Below, in pieces: positions 18,913 to 29,116 of a stretch of DNA of 64,000 bases. A program made the position numbers and the translations under genes. The notes under the pieces were generated by a model. It saw only the letters and a list, made by a program, of their open reading frames with translations, was not told the DNA's origin and did not search any database. Numbering within the stretch: position 1 is the first letter of the stretch; each line of letters starts with the position of its first letter. The stretch comes from Nitrososphaerota archaeon (GTDB taxonomy: Archaea > Thermoproteota > Nitrososphaeria > Nitrososphaerales > Nitrosopumilaceae): the NCBI GenBank assembly GCA_028867755.1, contig JAGWFT010000002.1, positions 128,001 through 192,000 on the forward strand, given 5' to 3'.

Positions 18913-19566
18913 ATGGTTAAGCATCCATGTTATGTTGAAGTTTCTGATATGATTGAATTCTCAAGACTTGTCTGTGCTTTGGAAAGAATTCCTCGTACGG
19001 TCTTTTCTTTTGCATTAGATGGAAAGGATGTAATTTGTGTTCAAATGGATCTCCTAAAAGAAAGGCCAGTTAGCTATTATGTACAAAATACAAAAGTTGG
19101 CCACTATCTTTCATATGGTTTTAAAACAAATAAGGAAGATTGCGATGTTGTCAACACCATAACAAATCCAACCTATCTTTACTCTCCAATCATAAGGGTA
19201 AAATCATTGCCAGAATCACTCAAACCTGAAACTGCTGAACCTGAAGTGATGTATGAACCGCTTGAGCTTGAGGATCTGGCAAGCTTGATAAAACTAAGCT
19301 ATGGTTTTGAAGAATCTCCGTTCCCATTGTTTGCATTTTCTGATGGTACAAAATGGTTTGTAGGTGTGTTTATGAACTTTAACGAATCTGATGAGGCATC
19401 ATATTTTTGTCATGTCAAAATTGACTATGAACCTGCAAAACCATTCCTAAAGTATTCAAGTAAGGATGGCATTGAACCCTCCTTTGTTAGTGGTCTAAAT
19501 GAACATGGTTACTCATACCTTAAGGTAATAAAGCTAAAAGGTAAACATCCACTAGTCAAGCTATGA
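18913..19566 (+). CDS. Conserved hypothetical protein
   Basis: 217-aa ORF; overlaps pyrF start. Confidence 0.75.
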   Translation: MVKHPCYVEVSDMIEFSRLVCALERIPRTVFSFALDGKDVICVQMDLLKERPVSYYVQNTKVGHYLSYGFKTNKEDCDVVNTITNPTYLYSPIIRVKSLPESLKPETAEPEVMYEPLELEDLASLIKLSYGFEESPFPLFAFSDGTKWFVGVFMNFNESDEASYFCHVKIDYEPAKPFLKYSSKDGIEPSFVSGLNEHGYSYLKVIKLKGKHPLVKL

Positions 19567-20315
19567 TTGGTTTTAGAAAAAGAATAGAAAAAGCTTCTTC
19601 AGGAAAGAGTAGAATAATACTTGCAAATGATTTAGATGACACTGATGTTGGCAAATTAGAAAAAAAAACAATTGCCAACATAAACAGGCTTAACAAATAT
19701 CTCTGCGCAATCAAACTCAATTTTCATGTTATACTACCTTTGAGTGACAAAAGCTTAACAAAAATAAATCGACTTGCTCACAGCAAAGGATTACAAACAA
19801 TTGCTGACATCAAACTAAACGATATCGGAAATACAAACATGATTGCTATCCAGAGACTTTGGAAATGCGGATTTGATGCAGTCATAGCAAATCCCATAAT
19901 GGGACTTGAAAATCTCAAGCAACTAGTCAAGACTGCTCATAGTGATGGACATGGCGTGATAACGCTTGTACACATGAGTCATCCAGGTGCAAAGTTAGGA
20001 TATGGGCTTAGCATAAAAGATCCTAGAACAGGAAAAACGCAAAAGCTTCATGATTTATTCTTAAAATGGTCGTACTCTTCAAATGTTGATGGCATAGTTG
20101 TGGGAGCTACAGTACCCGATATCATATCTTCTGTAAAAAAAACTGTTAGAGGTCACTGTGAAATTTATTCACCAGGTGTAGGAACACAAGGTGGAGACGC
20201 AAACAAGACTTTGCAAGCAGGATCTAGTTATCTAATAGTAGGAAGGACAATTCTTAATTCTAAAAACCAGATCCTAGAAGCAAAAAAGCTCCAGCAACTA
20301 AGTCTTGAATCCTAA
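19563..20315 (+). CDS. pyrF: Orotidine-5'-phosphate decarboxylase
   Basis: ADIKLNDIGNT, VVGAT, SPGVGTQGG, IVGR. Confidence 0.93.
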   Translation: MIGFRKRIEKASSGKSRIILANDLDDTDVGKLEKKTIANINRLNKYLCAIKLNFHVILPLSDKSLTKINRLAHSKGLQTIADIKLNDIGNTNMIAIQRLWKCGFDAVIANPIMGLENLKQLVKTAHSDGHGVITLVHMSHPGAKLGYGLSIKDPRTGKTQKLHDLFLKWSYSSNVDGIVVGATVPDIISSVKKTVRGHCEIYSPGVGTQGGDANKTLQAGSSYLIVGRTILNSKNQILEAKKLQQLSLES

Positions 20316-20714
20316 CTCGCTTATTTTTTTCAACAAATTCTGAGCTGTTTTATACGTTAATTTCTTCAGTGCATCATCGAATTTGAGCCATGTGAATGCG
20401 AGATGTTCGTGTGATATCTCAACATGTTCTGTTGGGGTCTTTGCCAGAAAGAAAACAACTTCTTTGTGTACTAGTTCTCCATCTCGTTGATAATGATATT
20501 CCACCTTGTTCTGAAAACCATCTACAAAATCAACCTCAGTTATGCCTGTCTCTTCTTTGATCTCTCTTAAGACTGTCTGCTTGAATGTCTCTCCTTTCTC
20601 AATATTTCCTTTAACAAAATCCCAATGTCCAGAGGGATAGTTCAAAAGCAAGTAGAATTTACCTGATGGCGTTTCACGGTATAAAATTGCTCCAGATGAT
20701 CTTTCTTCAAGCAT
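20298..20714 (-). CDS. NUDIX hydrolase (Ap4A hydrolase-like)
   Basis: KGNIEKGETFKQTVLREIKEETG Nudix box; SHEH. Confidence 0.9.
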   Translation of the reverse strand: MLEERSSGAILYRETPSGKFYLLLNYPSGHWDFVKGNIEKGETFKQTVLREIKEETGITEVDFVDGFQNKVEYHYQRDGELVHKEVVFFLAKTPTEHVEISHEHLAFTWLKFDDALKKLTYKTAQNLLKKISELGFKT

Positions 20715-20751
20715 ATGATTGTAATTTTAAAACTAGGAGTATTTCTCTTTT

Positions 20752-21513
20752 TTATTTGCCCAGTCTGCGGCCTCTCTTCTGAAACGTTCTGATAGCTCGC
20801 ATAAGATCAATTTTTCTAAATTCTGGCCAATAAACATCCATGAAAACAAGCTCGCTGTAGGCACTCTGCCACATTAAAAACCCACTCAGTCGTTTCTCGC
20901 CTGAAGTTCTCAATATCATATCAGGAGATGATTGTGGAAGATGTGATGTGTAAAGACATGATTCTATTACATCTTTGTCTATCTGATTCACATCAAGAGA
21001 ACCATCCTTGATCCTAGTAGCAATTTTCTTTATCGCATCAACCAATTCATTTTGCCCTCCATAAGCTATTGCTATATTGAGATAATGGTTATCATAGTCT
21101 TTTGTCACTGTTTCAAGCTTGTTTAGGATTTCTCTTAGGAAATCTGGTAGCAGCTCAACACTTCCAATTGCCTTTACTCGCATGTGGTTTTTATGAATTC
21201 GAGGATCATTGTACAGTTTCTCTAATCTCTTGTTAATCAATTCATAAAGCTGACCTAATTCTTCATCATTTCTGGCTAGATTTTCTGCTGACAGGACATA
21301 AAGAGTGATTATCTTGATGTTTAGCTCCTCACACCAGTCTAACAGTTTTTCAACTGCGTCTGCTCCTCTAAAATGTCCATCTGCTTTCAAAACTAGGTTT
21401 CTTTTAGCCCATCTTCTATTACCGTCAAGTATGATTGCTATGTGTTTTGGGATCTCTCCAGTCCGTATTTCTTTTTCAAGCTTCCTAGAATAAAGTGTGT
21501 AAAAACCACCCAA
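20752..21513 (-). CDS. uppS: cis-Polyprenyl diphosphate synthase (UppS family)
   Basis: ILDGNRRWA, RTSGEKRLSGFLMWQ. Confidence 0.95.
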   Translation of the reverse strand: MGGFYTLYSRKLEKEIRTGEIPKHIAIILDGNRRWAKRNLVLKADGHFRGADAVEKLLDWCEELNIKIITLYVLSAENLARNDEELGQLYELINKRLEKLYNDPRIHKNHMRVKAIGSVELLPDFLREILNKLETVTKDYDNHYLNIAIAYGGQNELVDAIKKIATRIKDGSLDVNQIDKDVIESCLYTSHLPQSSPDMILRTSGEKRLSGFLMWQSAYSELVFMDVYWPEFRKIDLMRAIRTFQKRGRRLGK

Positions 21514-21530
21514 CTGGAAAGTCTTATCTT

Positions 21531-22679
21531 TTATTCCGATAGTACCTCGCCACCCTTCTTCCTTCTATATTTGTGGAAGAGCAGTGACGCTGATATCAGT
21601 ATTACTGCTAGGCCTGCAAGCAATGGCGGGATTAGCGTGAACGGGCTTTCACCTTTTGTCATGACTGTAGCAAATTGTGCAACTATTGGGTAGAGAGTTA
21701 CAAGCACGATGATTCTTAGTATGTCGGTAATTGATCTCATGCTTCCTCTAAACCAGCTACTCAGCAATGATCCTCCGAGTATACAACCAAATCCCATCCA
21801 GAGAAATGGCAACATTCCGGAGAAAAACAAACCCATTGTTTGTTTGTTCATGATCAGTTTGAGTACTTCATCTGGTTTTGCTGCTGATATTTGTGGAGTG
21901 ATAGTACCAATTCCAGCTGTTACCGATGCTAGAACAAAAATAATTCCTGCCACAAGTGTAAATACTCTTATGAATCCAGCAGGAGTTGGCTTTGTCCAAT
22001 GTGTCCACGCTCTGTCGATATCAAATGCTCTGATAAGAAATGCCCCTCCTAGAACGCTTACCATTACTGCAAAAATTTCTTTAGTAAGTCCAAGAACTGT
22101 TGCGATTCCTCCAATTACCAATAAAATTCCAGGAACTCCTAGAAAGAATTTTGAATACTTTGAATCAAATGCAATAGCTTTCAGATATCTTCCCAAGACT
22201 GCATAAGAATATTCTACAGTTCTACTGACTCTCATAACAACTCGTTTGACTGATACGATAGGTAAAACATTTTGAATTATTGGAATTACACTTTCATCAT
22301 CTTCTCCATCTGACACAATCACTGCGCCGTTAGCTGAAAATGCTTCTACAATGCTTCGTACCTGTAAAACAATTTTTTCATCTCCTTGAACTCCCTTGTT
22401 TTCTGTTCCAGAAACAATTGCTACTTCTGCTTGGTATCCTTTGCTTACCAAATCTTCAAAAGTTTTAACAGCTGCAAAAATGGAATTAGAATCTGCATCT
22501 TCTGGATCTTCAAGCGCTAGTCTCTGTGCTGCTTCGATGCAAGCATTTCGTCCTACCACTGGAGTAGCAACACCTGCCTTACTTCCTATATCATCATCTC
22601 TATCAACACATATTACCAATAACCTGCTGGTTTTTGTTTCTGTACTGCTCTTTGGTAAGCTTGTCTCCTTGGTAGACAT
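21531..22679 (-). CDS. DUF373-family membrane protein
   Basis: CVDRDDDIG, DPEDADSN, VSDGEDDE followed by multiple TM segments. Confidence 0.85.
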   Translation of the reverse strand: MSTKETSLPKSSTETKTSRLLVICVDRDDDIGSKAGVATPVVGRNACIEAAQRLALEDPEDADSNSIFAAVKTFEDLVSKGYQAEVAIVSGTENKGVQGDEKIVLQVRSIVEAFSANGAVIVSDGEDDESVIPIIQNVLPIVSVKRVVMRVSRTVEYSYAVLGRYLKAIAFDSKYSKFFLGVPGILLVIGGIATVLGLTKEIFAVMVSVLGGAFLIRAFDIDRAWTHWTKPTPAGFIRVFTLVAGIIFVLASVTAGIGTITPQISAAKPDEVLKLIMNKQTMGLFFSGMLPFLWMGFGCILGGSLLSSWFRGSMRSITDILRIIVLVTLYPIVAQFATVMTKGESPFTLIPPLLAGLAVILISASLLFHKYRRKKGGEVLSE

Positions 22680-22781
22680 ACATACGAAAATCGTACTTCC
22701 TATTAATTAATCTAATTTCTACTAAATATTACAAAAATTGAAGAAACTTTTGACCCTCTCATGAGACCATATTTGATAATC

Positions 22782-23279
22782 TCAGGGTCTTGTCTCATTA
22801 GATTTTGCAATAAATGAGTTAGTATCGTTCTCCAACGAGTCTAACTTTGACATCTCATCTGACAGGTCGTTAGAAGAAATGTTGCCCTTCATCTTGTTGG
22901 CAAGAGAGATGGTCTCTGTGAGATAATCATTGTACTTTTTCAAAGCCTCATCATAGCTGAGATAACTCATCCTCCATTCAGGTGGAGGATTACTTTCTAT
23001 AAGCTCAGTTACAAGGGAGGTAGTTTGAGACGATGATGTCTGTGCTCTAGCTATAAAGTCGTCAGGTGCAAGAGTATTGTTTAACAAACTCTTTAGATCA
23101 GAATCCATCTCAGTCATTATCAACAGGTGTTTCTCTTTTACCCCGTCTATCTCATTTCCATAGTCTGATACAACAAAAGTCGGTCCTCTATTTTCTGGCA
23201 TTATCCATATGACAGAACTTGCGGCTGCTATGGCACCGAGTATTATTATAGTGATGACAATGCCTTTTTTGGTTGCCAT
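22782..23279 (-). CDS. Membrane-anchored hypothetical protein
   Basis: N-terminal KK plus hydrophobic helix, then helical domain. Confidence 0.75.
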   Translation of the reverse strand: MATKKGIVITIIILGAIAAASSVIWIMPENRGPTFVVSDYGNEIDGVKEKHLLIMTEMDSDLKSLLNNTLAPDDFIARAQTSSSQTTSLVTELIESNPPPEWRMSYLSYDEALKKYNDYLTETISLANKMKGNISSNDLSDEMSKLDSLENDTNSFIAKSNETRP

Positions 23280-23531
23280 TCAGATGAGTCTCTTTAAGAC
23301 GTTTAAAAGTATAACTCAGTAAAACAATTTGATGATTCAATTAGTCAATCTGTTAATTTCTTCAAGTTGGATCATTTCAATCTAAGAAATATCAAAAAAA
23401 TGCAACTATTTATATAAATTCTTCACATGCGATCTAAGAAGGACATTGTAAAAATTTAACAGCCTCTAGCGTATAGTGAAATAATTTTTACAGCGTCTTG
23501 CTAAATACCACTTCCTTCGTAAGAAAACGAA

Positions 23532-23675
23532 ATGACTCAAGCATACTGCGTAAAGTGCAGGAAGAAAGTCGAGATCGCAAATCCAAAAGAAGTTAAGCTA
23601 AAGAATGGACGACCTGCGGTAAAGGGAACCTGCCCAAAGTGTGGCACTAATGTCTTTCGAATAGGAAAGCCTTAA
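23532..23675 (+). CDS. 47-aa basic zinc-ribbon protein (DUF5679-like; absent from ORF track)
   Basis: MTQAYCVKCRKKVEIANPKEVKLKNGRPAVKGTCPKCGTNVFRIGKP*. Confidence 0.85.
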   Translation: MTQAYCVKCRKKVEIANPKEVKLKNGRPAVKGTCPKCGTNVFRIGKP

Positions 23676-23724
23676 GTGCCATTTTCTTCTTTTTTGAAGT
23701 AAATCCATATAGGTAACACTATTT

Positions 23725-24159
23725 TTGAATAGGCAGTTGACAAAAAGTGATTATGAAAAACTACTAAAAAAAGTACAAGATAAAGTATCTGAAACTAGAA
23801 AAGATACTACATCTAGATTTGAACTTCCAAAAGTAGATATCATGTGGCAAGGAAATAGGACATTCTTTCGTAACTTTTCAGAATTTCCAAAGATCTTGCG
23901 CAGAGAGCCTGAAAAAATACTTCAGTATCTTTCTAAAGAATTTGCCACTCCAGCTCAATTTGCAGGTGACAAAGCTGTGTTTGTAGGTAAAAAGGAGCCT
24001 CAGGAATTTACATCTCTTCTGAACATATATGTCAAAGAGTATGTAGAATGCCCAACATGTAAGAGTCCTGATACTAGAGTAGAAAAATCTAACCGCGTTC
24101 ACTTTCTTGTTTGTGAAGCCTGTGGTGCCAAGTCGTCTCTAAAGGGCCAATACGCATAA
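23725..24159 (+). CDS. eif2b: Translation initiation factor 2 beta subunit
   Basis: RFELP...NF...R; CPTCKSPDT...CEACGA zinc ribbon. Confidence 0.93.
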   Translation: MNRQLTKSDYEKLLKKVQDKVSETRKDTTSRFELPKVDIMWQGNRTFFRNFSEFPKILRREPEKILQYLSKEFATPAQFAGDKAVFVGKKEPQEFTSLLNIYVKEYVECPTCKSPDTRVEKSNRVHFLVCEACGAKSSLKGQYA

Positions 24160-24455
24160 TGGCTTTTAGTGTAAAAATTGTTAATCATCAACGTAACAGA
24201 ATGCTAAACATATGTGACGTTGATCTTGTCGGACGAACACTCGTTGAATCAGATTTTAAAATGAACCTGACTCCAAGTTATTTTTCAGAGAGAGTAGTAG
24301 ATGAAAAAGAAGCAGAACAATTACTACTGCATTCTTCTATCATCAACATGGTTGGAGAAAAAACAATTGCTTTGTCTGTAAAACTTGGAGTAGGATCACC
24401 AAAAGGAGTCAAAAAGATTAACGGTGTACCATTCCTTCTGGTTTTTAAATTTTAA
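24159..24455 (+). CDS. DUF424-family protein
   Basis: NICDxDLVG...IINMVG...GVP. Confidence 0.85.
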   Translation: MAFSVKIVNHQRNRMLNICDVDLVGRTLVESDFKMNLTPSYFSERVVDEKEAEQLLLHSSIINMVGEKTIALSVKLGVGSPKGVKKINGVPFLLVFKF

Positions 24456-24503
24456 CAAATACAACAGTTATATACGCACTGAGCAGATCGAAGACTGATA
24501 ATT

Positions 24504-24815
24504 TTGGGAAAGCGTAAGGTGTTAAACGAAAGCGAACTGAAGGAAATGAAAATACCTGAAGAGGGAGAAATGCTTGGTAGAGTTATCAAACTATTAGGTA
24601 GTGATCACGTCTTGGTAAGATGTACTGATGAAAAAACAAGAATGGGAAGAATCCGTGGTAAACTGAAACGAAAAATATGGATCCGTGATAATGACATTGT
24701 TGTTATAGCACCTTGGGATTTCAAGGCAGATGATAGGGGAGATATCACATGGAGATACACATTGTCACAGGTAGATTGGTTAAAGGAAAACGGCCACTTG
24801 GCAAAAGATTTCTAA
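24504..24815 (+). CDS. eif1a: Translation initiation factor 1A
   Basis: RIRGKLKRKIWIRDNDIVVIAPW...DITWRY. Confidence 0.95.
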   Translation: MGKRKVLNESELKEMKIPEEGEMLGRVIKLLGSDHVLVRCTDEKTRMGRIRGKLKRKIWIRDNDIVVIAPWDFKADDRGDITWRYTLSQVDWLKENGHLAKDF

Positions 24816-24852
24816 TAGCGCAATCAATTTTACCAAGTTTGTTTAATTCAAA

Positions 24853-25638
24853 ATGTTGACAGATGAACTTGAAAAAAAGTTAGCAAAAAGAATTGACGGT
24901 AAACTTTTAGAAAAAGAAAGAGAACGAAAATCAGAGAAAGATGGATTTGACAAGAACAAAGTTCTAGATGAGGTTTTTGACAAATCCACAATGATGACTC
25001 TTTCAGGACTAAAAAACTCTGGAACAATTTCTTATGTAAATGGTGCTGTAGGTTCAGGCAAAGAATCGAAAACATATTGGGCTGTTGGACCGTCTGGGAA
25101 GGATTTGGCATTGAAGATATATCTTGTAGCAACTTCGAACTTCAAAAAGAGATATCCGTATTTGCTGGGAGATCCTAGATTTACGAAAATAAGGAAAGGC
25201 ACAAGACATTTGGTTGAGCTTTGGGCACAAAAAGAGTTTGGGAACCTAACTCAATGCTTCAAGATGGGGTTGCCATGTGTAAAGCCTATAACTGTGATAA
25301 AAAATGTGCTTGTACTAGAGTTTGTAGGTAAAAATGGTGTACCTGAACCCACCCTGGTTGAGACTGAAGTTGATTACAAAGATTATGAAAATGCTATATC
25401 CATTATTGAAGACTTGTACAATAAGGCAAAGATAGTACATGCAGACTTTTCTGAATACAACATATTCAAGACAGAAAAAGGGCTACTAGTTTTTGATTTT
25501 GGATCTGCCATAGATATAAGACATCCTAATGCGATCAAATTTCTTGAGAGAGACATTAAAAATATAACTAAATTCTTTGTTAAAAGGGGATTGACAGTTA
25601 CAAATCCATCTGATATCGTAAAGAGGATAATGAAATGA
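24853..25638 (+). CDS. rio1: RIO1 serine kinase
   Basis: SGKES, IVHADFSEYNI, DFGSA, FLERDIKN. Confidence 0.93.
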   Translation: MLTDELEKKLAKRIDGKLLEKERERKSEKDGFDKNKVLDEVFDKSTMMTLSGLKNSGTISYVNGAVGSGKESKTYWAVGPSGKDLALKIYLVATSNFKKRYPYLLGDPRFTKIRKGTRHLVELWAQKEFGNLTQCFKMGLPCVKPITVIKNVLVLEFVGKNGVPEPTLVETEVDYKDYENAISIIEDLYNKAKIVHADFSEYNIFKTEKGLLVFDFGSAIDIRHPNAIKFLERDIKNITKFFVKRGLTVTNPSDIVKRIMK

Positions 25639-26207
25639 TCTTTGAAAAAACCATTCTAGTACCTCTTGAAAGAGTAGGGGCTCTAATAGGAAAATCTGGA
25701 AGAATAAAGGCCAAGATAGAAAAAATATGTTCAGTTTCTTTATCAATCGATGGTCAAACAGGAGAGATTATTATTAGAGGAGCTGGTGATGTTGAAAATG
25801 TGTTGCCATTCAAAGCAGAAGAGATTGTACTGGCAATAGGTCGTGGGTTTTCTCCTGACAAAGCCATGCGACTTCTTGAAGGCGAAAACTCATTACATAT
25901 AATTGATTTACGAGAATTTGTGGGAAAATCAACAGCACAAATTGAACGAGTCAAGGGCAGAATAATAGGTGAAGGTGGAAGAGTTAGAAAAAATATTGAA
26001 GAACTAAGCGGAGCCACTCTCTCTGTTTATGGTCGCACTGTTGCTATAATTGGAGAAGGCAAGCAACTACGATCTGCTGTTCAAGCTATTACTGCTCTTT
26101 CAAATGGAAGTACTCATGGGAAAGTTTACAACGATCTTCAAGAATCAAGGAGAAGACAAAAGATGGAAAAATTACAACTCTGGGAAGGAGAAAACATCTT
26201 TGAGTAA
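25635..26207 (+). CDS. KH-domain rRNA-processing protein (Dim2/Pno1)
   Basis: GALIGKSG, AIGRGFSP, GRIIGEGG, HGKVY. Confidence 0.92.
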   Translation: MIFEKTILVPLERVGALIGKSGRIKAKIEKICSVSLSIDGQTGEIIIRGAGDVENVLPFKAEEIVLAIGRGFSPDKAMRLLEGENSLHIIDLREFVGKSTAQIERVKGRIIGEGGRVRKNIEELSGATLSVYGRTVAIIGEGKQLRSAVQAITALSNGSTHGKVYNDLQESRRRQKMEKLQLWEGENIFE

Positions 26208-28035
26208 AGAAACCTTTAGCCAAATCTCGCCTAGTGAGTTTTTCTACAGAAATAGAGATCTTGCAGGCTTTAGTAATCCTACTAGGTCATTATACACATC
26301 AGTAAGAGAATTTGTAGAGAATGCGCTTGATGCATGTGATCAAAAGAAAATACTGCCAGACATACATTTATCCATAAAAGCAGTAGATCCTGAACAACCA
26401 GACCCAAAACATTATGTTTTAACGGTAAAAGACAACGGTCCTGGAATAGATCCAAAACATGTACCTCATGCGTTTGGAACTGTTCTTTATGGCTCAAAAT
26501 TTGGGCTCAAGCAGGCAAGAGGAATGTTTGGTCTTGGTGCTACAATGGCTATACTGTATGGTCAAATAACTACAAACAAACCAGTGACCGTCAAAAGCTG
26601 TTCTGATGGAAAAACAGTTGATGAATTTGTGATGTTGCTTGATATCCAGAAAAACAAACCTGTGATTTTAAAACATAACACAAAAGAGGCAACAAAGACA
26701 GGACTGTCTGTAAGTATAGTGCTTGAGGGAGATTACTCAAAAGCAGGATTGAAGGTACGTGATTATGTTTCACAAACATCGCTTATCACACCTTATGCTT
26801 CTATAACATTTGAAGATCCATCTGGCGAAAAATCACATTATCCAAGAATTGTAAAAGAAATGCCACCCCCACCTACAATAATCAAACCGCATCCACATGG
26901 TGTAGATGTTGAAACAATCAGGAGGATGATAGTAGATACTCATTATCAGATTCCTGTACTTGATGATAATATGATAGGGAAAGTAAAGAAGGAATTAGGT
27001 TTACAAAAGAAAAATCTTGGAACTAAAGATATGCTTGAAAGAGCACAGAAGAGATGGTCTGACCTATCAAGGCCTGTGAGAATAATAGTTTCCGTTATGT
27101 CATTTTTGAATGTAGATTTTGATGGGTTGCAGAAGATACGGATTGACGATATTGATGTTGCTAATAAAAAAATCACTTATTGGGATTTTGGTCAGTCACA
27201 ATCTCACGCAATAGATCTTGATCCAGAGAGTCCATACTATAAGCAACTTGCAAACACAGTTCAAGGAGATACTCTGCTTACCTTTCTGACTAAACGATTC
27301 CAAAGGATAGGGCCAACTACTGCAGAAAAATTCTGTGAATTTGCAAAATTAAAACCTGAAAGAAGGATAGGTAGTATGACCAACGAGGAATTAGTTAGAT
27401 TATCTGATGCACTGCAAAAATTCGATGATTTCCTGTCTCCTGACCCAAGCTGCTTGGCACCATTGGGAGAAGAACCTCTTTCTAAGGGAATTATGAAGTT
27501 TTTCAACCCTGAATTTGCTTCTGTAATGCAACGCAGTGCTTCTGCATATTCTGGATTTCCATTTGTAGTGGAGATGGGTATTGCATACGGGGGAGATATT
27601 CCATCATCTGGGCTCAAGGTATACCGCTTTGCCAACAGGATTCCTCTGCTTTATGATGAAGGAAGCGATGTTGTACTAAAGATTGTCAATGAAATGGATT
27701 GGAGTAGATACAAAGTAAAAGGAGATCCACCTCTTGTTATTGTCTCTCATATCTGCTCTACTAGAATTCCGTATAAGACTGTAGGAAAAGAAAACGTTGC
27801 AGATAGACCAGAACTTGAACGTGAACTAAAAAATGCGTTGCAATATTTAGCAAGAAAACTTGCTGTTCACATGTCAAGGCAGGGAGCAGCAGACATGGCA
27901 AAGAAAAGAGCAAACCTTTATGCAAAATATGTTCCACTTATCGCACAATTTGCAGCAGAATTGTCTGGAAAGAAAAAGGAACCAAATTATAAACAACTGA
28001 TAAAGATGGGAAGTGAATTTGAAGAACAAGTCTAA
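26200..28035 (+). CDS. top6B: DNA topoisomerase VI subunit B
   Basis: EFVENALDA, DNGPGI, GSKF...ARGMFGLG GHKL motifs, RFANRIPL; start placed at TTG 26200. Confidence 0.96.
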   Translation: MSKETFSQISPSEFFYRNRDLAGFSNPTRSLYTSVREFVENALDACDQKKILPDIHLSIKAVDPEQPDPKHYVLTVKDNGPGIDPKHVPHAFGTVLYGSKFGLKQARGMFGLGATMAILYGQITTNKPVTVKSCSDGKTVDEFVMLLDIQKNKPVILKHNTKEATKTGLSVSIVLEGDYSKAGLKVRDYVSQTSLITPYASITFEDPSGEKSHYPRIVKEMPPPPTIIKPHPHGVDVETIRRMIVDTHYQIPVLDDNMIGKVKKELGLQKKNLGTKDMLERAQKRWSDLSRPVRIIVSVMSFLNVDFDGLQKIRIDDIDVANKKITYWDFGQSQSHAIDLDPESPYYKQLANTVQGDTLLTFLTKRFQRIGPTTAEKFCEFAKLKPERRIGSMTNEELVRLSDALQKFDDFLSPDPSCLAPLGEEPLSKGIMKFFNPEFASVMQRSASAYSGFPFVVEMGIAYGGDIPSSGLKVYRFANRIPLLYDEGSDVVLKIVNEMDWSRYKVKGDPPLVIVSHICSTRIPYKTVGKENVADRPELERELKNALQYLARKLAVHMSRQGAADMAKKRANLYAKYVPLIAQFAAELSGKKKEPNYKQLIKMGSEFEEQV

Positions 28036-29116
28036 ACATAGAACATCAGAGGAAAAAAAGGAAAAACTTCTTTCCTTACTGCAAAAGCAAGGTCTTAACA
28101 TCTATGAAGATCTTGACCATGGAAAATTTCCGCAGTTTGTTATTCCAAGTAGATCTGTAAATAACATTGTCTACGACAAGAAACTAAGACAGTATATTCT
28201 TGGAAATGCAAGCGCAATCAGAAGCGCAAGAAACATGTCACAACTTCGTTCTTACACACAGCTAGCATGGCTTGCATTTTTTGTTAATAGATTAGTAAAA
28301 GAGGGCAAATCCTCTACACTGAGAGACATTTACTATTCATCGCAAGCATTCAGTATTGATTTTGAAGACCAGCCAGAATCAGATAATATCATAGTAGACT
28401 TGGAAGCTGTCACTTCAAGCCCTCGTGAAGAATTCCATATCTTTCCTGAGGAAAGAAGCAGTGTATTTGGAGATTTGACTATTGAATATACGGTACCAGG
28501 CTATGAAGGTAAAAGAATGAATCTTTCTGATCATCCTGATGGATATCTCATAGGGCCAAGTCTTAGTAGTGCAGAATTGGTGGATACTAGCGCTGAATTG
28601 GTCATCGCAATTGAGAAGGGTGGTCTTTTCACAAGATTTGTAGAAGAAAATGTACACAAAAAATTTAAGTCAATCATTGTGGATACTGCTGGTCAGGCTC
28701 CAAGATCTACACGAAATCTCTTGAGGAGACTGAATCAGGAAATGGGGTTACCAGTAGTAATTCTGGCTGACGGTGATGTATATGGTGAACATATTGCTAT
28801 GGTTATAAAATCTGGATCAGCTAATGCTGCACATTTACGTGAACTAACTGTCCCAGATGCCAAATGGCTTGGAGTGTGGGCTACTGATATTGAAAAATAC
28901 AAACTTCCAACCATTCCAATGACAGAGTCTGACATTAAAAGAATCTATGATTTACAAAAAGATCCAAGATATCAAGAAGGAAATTGGAAGAAACAATTAG
29001 AAGTCTTTCTAAAACTCAAACGAAAAGCAGAACTAGAGGCCTTCTCAAAATATGGCTTGACAAATATCACTGACAAATATCTTCCAGCAAAACTGGAAGA
29101 ATCAAAGAGCTTCTAA
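28013..29116 (+). CDS. top6A: DNA topoisomerase VI subunit A
   Basis: TLRDIYY (catalytic Tyr), IEKGG, DGDVYG, KAELEA. Confidence 0.96.
   Translation: MNLKNKSKHRTSEEKKEKLLSLLQKQGLNIYEDLDHGKFPQFVIPSRSVNNIVYDKKLRQYILGNASAIRSARNMSQLRSYTQLAWLAFFVNRLVKEGKSSTLRDIYYSSQAFSIDFEDQPESDNIIVDLEAVTSSPREEFHIFPEERSSVFGDLTIEYTVPGYEGKRMNLSDHPDGYLIGPSLSSAELVDTSAELVIAIEKGGLFTRFVEENVHKKFKSIIVDTAGQAPRSTRNLLRRLNQEMGLPVVILADGDVYGEHIAMVIKSGSANAAHLRELTVPDAKWLGVWATDIEKYKLPTIPMTESDIKRIYDLQKDPRYQEGNWKKQLEVFLKLKRKAELEAFSKYGLTNITDKYLPAKLEESKSF

Noticed and set aside
26050-26199. N-terminal extension of Top6B in the ORF track
   Set aside because: Lies inside the Dim2 gene; TTG 26200 is the plausible start
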